From Methylorubrum extorquens (GTDB lineage: Bacteria; Pseudomonadota; Alphaproteobacteria; Rhizobiales; Beijerinckiaceae): 32,000 nucleotides of DNA. Numbering within the stretch: position 1 is the stretch's first letter; the number at the start of each line of letters is the position of its first letter. The translations under genes were made by a program, and so were the position numbers. Below, in pieces: positions 29,404 through 32,000 of this stretch. The notes under the pieces were generated by a model. The model did not search any database. It was not told the DNA's origin and saw only the letters and a program-made list of their open reading frames with translations. The stretch is taken from the NCBI GenBank assembly GCA_900234795.1, contig LT962688.1, forward strand, positions 1,110,001-1,142,000, in the 5' to 3' direction.

Positions 29404-30276
29404 ATGACCGATCCGCTGACCAAATACCCGCGCCCGCCCTTCGAGACGCCGCCCCAGAGTTTCCCCGGCAAGACGGCCAAGATGGCGCCCGAGCCGGATC
29501 ACGGCGAGGAGAGCTACAAGGGCTCCGGCAAGCTCACCGGAAAAGCCGCTTTGGTGACGGGCGGCGACAGCGGCATCGGCCGGGCGGTGGCGATCGCCTA
29601 TGCCCGCGAGGGCGCCGACGTGGCGATCTCCTACCTGCCCGACGAGCAGAAGGATGCGGAGGCCGTCGGCAACTGGATCGAAAAGGCGGGCCGGCGCGCC
29701 CTGCTGCTTCCCGGCGACATCAAGGACGCGGCCTATGCCCGCGAGATTGTCGAGCGCACGGCCAAGGAATTCGGCCGGCTCGATATCCTGGTGAACAACG
29801 CCGCCTTCCAGCAGCCGAACCAGGGCGTCACGGACATCGACGACGCGTTGTTCGAAAAACACTTCCAGACCAACATCTTCGGCCCGTTCTACGCCACCAA
29901 GGCCGCGCTGGCGCATCTCAAGCCCGGCGCCTCGGTGATCTTCACCTCCTCGGTCAATTCCAAGCACCCGGTGCCGACCCTGTTCGCCTACAGCGCCACC
30001 AAGGGCGCGCTCAGCAACATGGTGCTCGGTCTCGCGCAGTTGCTCGCCGAAAAGGGCATCCGCGTGAACGGCGTGCTACCGGGCCCGATCTGGACCCCGT
30101 TCATCCCCGCCGGGATGAGCGAGGATGCGGTGAAGACCTTCGGCAGCCAAGTGCCGTTCAACCGCCCCGGCCAGCCGGCGGAACTCGCCTCGGCCTACGT
30201 GATGCTGGCGGCTGAAGAGAGCAGCTACACCTCCGGCGCCCTCATCACCGTCGCGGGCGGCATGCCGATTTTCTGA
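29404..30276 (+). CDS. SDR family oxidoreductase, YghA/YdaD (general stress protein 39)-like
   Basis: YPRPPFETPPQSFPGKTAKMAPEPDHGEESYKGSGKLTGKAALVTGGDSGIGRAVAIAYAREGADVAISY is the characteristic N-terminal extension plus TGxxxGIG of the YghA/YdaD/YhdF subgroup. The YxxxK region is YSATKGAL. Confidence 0.85.
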   Translation: MTDPLTKYPRPPFETPPQSFPGKTAKMAPEPDHGEESYKGSGKLTGKAALVTGGDSGIGRAVAIAYAREGADVAISYLPDEQKDAEAVGNWIEKAGRRALLLPGDIKDAAYAREIVERTAKEFGRLDILVNNAAFQQPNQGVTDIDDALFEKHFQTNIFGPFYATKAALAHLKPGASVIFTSSVNSKHPVPTLFAYSATKGALSNMVLGLAQLLAEKGIRVNGVLPGPIWTPFIPAGMSEDAVKTFGSQVPFNRPGQPAELASAYVMLAAEESSYTSGALITVAGGMPIF

Positions 30277-30286
30277 GTTCCCGTTC

Positions 30287-30315
30287 CGCCGCCCGATCAG
30301 AGGGCGGCGGATTTG
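30287..30315. terminator. hairpin terminator between convergent genes
   Basis: ccgccgccc (30287-30295) / gggcggcgg (30303-30311) form a perfect 9-bp stem with loop gatcaga, followed by attt. Confidence 0.55.
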
Positions 30316-30321
30316 AGCCGA

Positions 30322-30837
30322 TCACGGCCCGGCCTCTCGGATCTGCCCGGCCAGAAACACGCCGGCTCGGCGCCACGCCTCGTCGGTATCGCCGCGGAAG
30401 TTGAGGTCGCGGGTCAGTGCAGCGCGGCCGGTGCGGGCATCGGCCACCCGTGCGAAGAGCTGCAGGATCAGCGTGCTGCTCTTATGGACCACGCCGACGA
30501 AGACGCGGCTCGCGCCGGCCTCCCGCGCCACCGCGAGGAGGCAGTCCGGCCGCTCGTCCGGGCAGCGGGCGCGGAGCGTCTCCGAAGTGATGAGTAGGGT
30601 GCGATAGTCCCCGCCCGCATCGAGATCCTCCGCGAGGCCCCGCGCCATCGCCGCGAGTCGGCGGGCGTGCTCAGGCCCTTGATCGATCGGCTCGCCGGAG
30701 GTGTCGAGGAGCTTGAGCGGCAGGATCGCCAGTATGGGCGGCAGCGGTTCAGCGCGCGGAGCCGATAGCAAGACCGCGAGGATGAGACCGGCCGCAGCGA
30801 GCCGCACCCTCGGTTTGGCAGAATTCATTCCGGTCAT
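30322..30837 (-). CDS. small secreted hypothetical protein (possibly DUF3280/DUF2380-like)
   Basis: Signal-peptide-like N-terminus (MTGMNSAKPRVRLAAAGLILAVLLSAPRA), then ILPLKLLDTSGEP...CLLAVAREAGASRVFVGVVHKSSTLILQLFARVADARTG. The family assignment is from memory only. The start (30837 or 30828) is uncertain. Confidence 0.5.
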   Translation of the reverse strand: MTGMNSAKPRVRLAAAGLILAVLLSAPRAEPLPPILAILPLKLLDTSGEPIDQGPEHARRLAAMARGLAEDLDAGGDYRTLLITSETLRARCPDERPDCLLAVAREAGASRVFVGVVHKSSTLILQLFARVADARTGRAALTRDLNFRGDTDEAWRRAGVFLAGQIREAGP

Positions 30838-30955
30838 GCTCACCCACCTCGGCGACACCGCACGCGGCGGCTCGGGCGGACGCTACGACGCTCGGCGCGC
30901 GGACTCTTGCCATTCGGTGCCACCCAGCCGAGCCTGCGCCTCGGGAGGAGGGCGC

Positions 30956-31993
30956 ATGAACGGGCCCGGATTGACGCGGGCCTGCACGATGGGCCCGATC
31001 GTGGCAGCGGTGGAGGCGACGGGCGGTTCGGTCACACGGGTATTCCGGCGGGCCGAGATGCCGCTCAGCCTAATGGACGCGCCCGACCGCCTCATCCTGC
31101 TGCGCGATCAGTTTCGCCTCGTGGAAGAGGCGGTGCGCGAGAGCGGCGATCCGGCGCTGCCCGCGCGGCTCGCGATCGCCACCGGCATCGATGGTCTCGG
31201 TGCCATCGGCCGGCATGTGCGGGCCTGCGCGACCCTCGGCGAGGCGCTGGCGCGGGTCGAGGCGACCACACCGACACTCCTTCAGACCGCGACCTGGACC
31301 GGCCTGCGCCGAGAGGGCGAGAGCGCCGTCTACGGCTACGCCGTCACCGAGCGGATCGAGGCGGGGCGGCAGACCAACGCGATGCTGGCGCTCGGCTACC
31401 TGCTCGGCACCGTGCGCCAATTTCTCGGACCGCGCTGGCGGCCACGGCGGGCGGTGCTGACCGGTGCGGTCCTTCCCGATCGGGCCGAAATCGAACGGGT
31501 CTTCGATTGCGACCTGGGCCTCGGCCCGCGCGCCGGCCTGCATTTCGACGCCGCGCTTCTGGCCACGCCGAACCCGGCCCCCGGCCCGCTCCTCGAAGCG
31601 ACGCCCTCAGTGCCGCCCGATGGCCTGACGGCCTGCGTTGCCGGGCTGATCGAACTCGCGCTTCTCGACGGCCGTCCCGCGATCGACGGGGTCGCCCGCC
31701 GGCTGGGCCTGTCGCGACGCAGCCTGCAACGCCGGCTGGAGGCGGAGGGCACGGGCTTCGCACCGATCCTCCAGGGCGTCTTGCGGGCGCGGACCGAGGC
31801 GTTGCTGGCGGAGGGCACGACGCCCATCGGCCGGATCGCCCTCGATCTCGGCTACGCGGATGCGGCCCATTTCACCCGCGCCTTCCTCGGCTGGACCGGC
31901 GTAACCCCGAGCATGAGGCGGCGTCTGCACCGTAAAAGTCCAGGTTTCGAAAGGGCGAGTCCTTTCGCGGGTCCAGGGCGGAGCCCTGGTTGA
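30956..31993 (+). CDS. AraC family transcriptional regulator (N-terminal arabinose-binding-like/virulence-regulator-type domain)
   Basis: The C-terminal HTH pair is IDGVARRLGLSRRSLQRRLEAEGTGFAPIL...RIALDLGYADAAHFTRAFLGWTGVTPSMRRR. The N-terminus GPIVAAVEATGGSVTRVFRRAEMPLSLMDAPDRLI is typical of the AraC subgroup with the PF12625-like domain. The last roughly 18 codons are encoded by the repeat element. Confidence 0.8.
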   Translation: MNGPGLTRACTMGPIVAAVEATGGSVTRVFRRAEMPLSLMDAPDRLILLRDQFRLVEEAVRESGDPALPARLAIATGIDGLGAIGRHVRACATLGEALARVEATTPTLLQTATWTGLRREGESAVYGYAVTERIEAGRQTNAMLALGYLLGTVRQFLGPRWRPRRAVLTGAVLPDRAEIERVFDCDLGLGPRAGLHFDAALLATPNPAPGPLLEATPSVPPDGLTACVAGLIELALLDGRPAIDGVARRLGLSRRSLQRRLEAEGTGFAPILQGVLRARTEALLAEGTTPIGRIALDLGYADAAHFTRAFLGWTGVTPSMRRRLHRKSPGFERASPFAGPGRSPG

Positions 31994-32000
31994 AGGGAGA
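31939..32000. repeat. inverted copy of repeat family 1, truncated by the window end
   Basis: 31961-31989 (cctttcgcgggtccagggcggagccctgg) is the exact reverse complement of 16398-16426. ggtttcgaaaggg (31943-31955) also matches. Only the hairpin loop differs between copies. Confidence 0.75.

Overview
High-GC alphaproteobacterial chromosomal segment. Gene content and the stacked-hairpin intergenic repeats are reminiscent of Methylobacterium/Methylorubrum; this is inference, as no search was run. I can support about 27 protein genes, one tRNA-Leu(GAG), several hairpin terminators, two intergenic repeat families and two candidate general-stress (EcfG-type) promoters.

Layout, left to right:
- Phytoene/squalene-synthase-like 3' fragment, Mn catalase, LctP-family permease, DUF983, GNAT, orphan LuxR-type response regulator.
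- Divergent EamA transporter and MocR regulator pair.
- Signalling cluster: soluble PAS-PAS hybrid histidine kinase with two receiver domains, pentapeptide-repeat protein with a channel-like membrane tail, single-domain receiver, AI-2E transporter with a roughly 280-aa extra cytoplasmic domain.
- DUF606 transporter, GT2 glycosyltransferase, lipB, a lone fliN-like gene.
- tRNA-Leu, followed by a visibly lower-GC islet of about 5 kb. It holds a wzy-like gene split by an in-frame TAG, a wzz/GumC-like co-polymerase, about 0.83 kb with no credible ORF, and a Hint (bacterial intein-like) domain protein.
- Core carbon metabolism: aldehyde/succinate-semialdehyde dehydrogenase, intracellular PHB depolymerase, 1000-aa YdiJ-type FAD/Fe-S oxidoreductase, YghA/YdaD-type SDR.
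- A small secreted protein and an AraC regulator whose 3' end runs into a repeat element.

I saw no CRISPR array, transposase, integrase, prophage genes or recognisable defence or toxin-antitoxin genes. I cannot point to a clear multi-gene novel system. The most unusual items are the Hint-domain protein with its long non-coding leader, the tRNA-flanked islet with the broken wzy, the pentapeptide-channel fusion embedded in two-component genes, and the AI-2E C-terminal domain. The many long ORFs antisense to real genes are GC-rich shadow ORFs.
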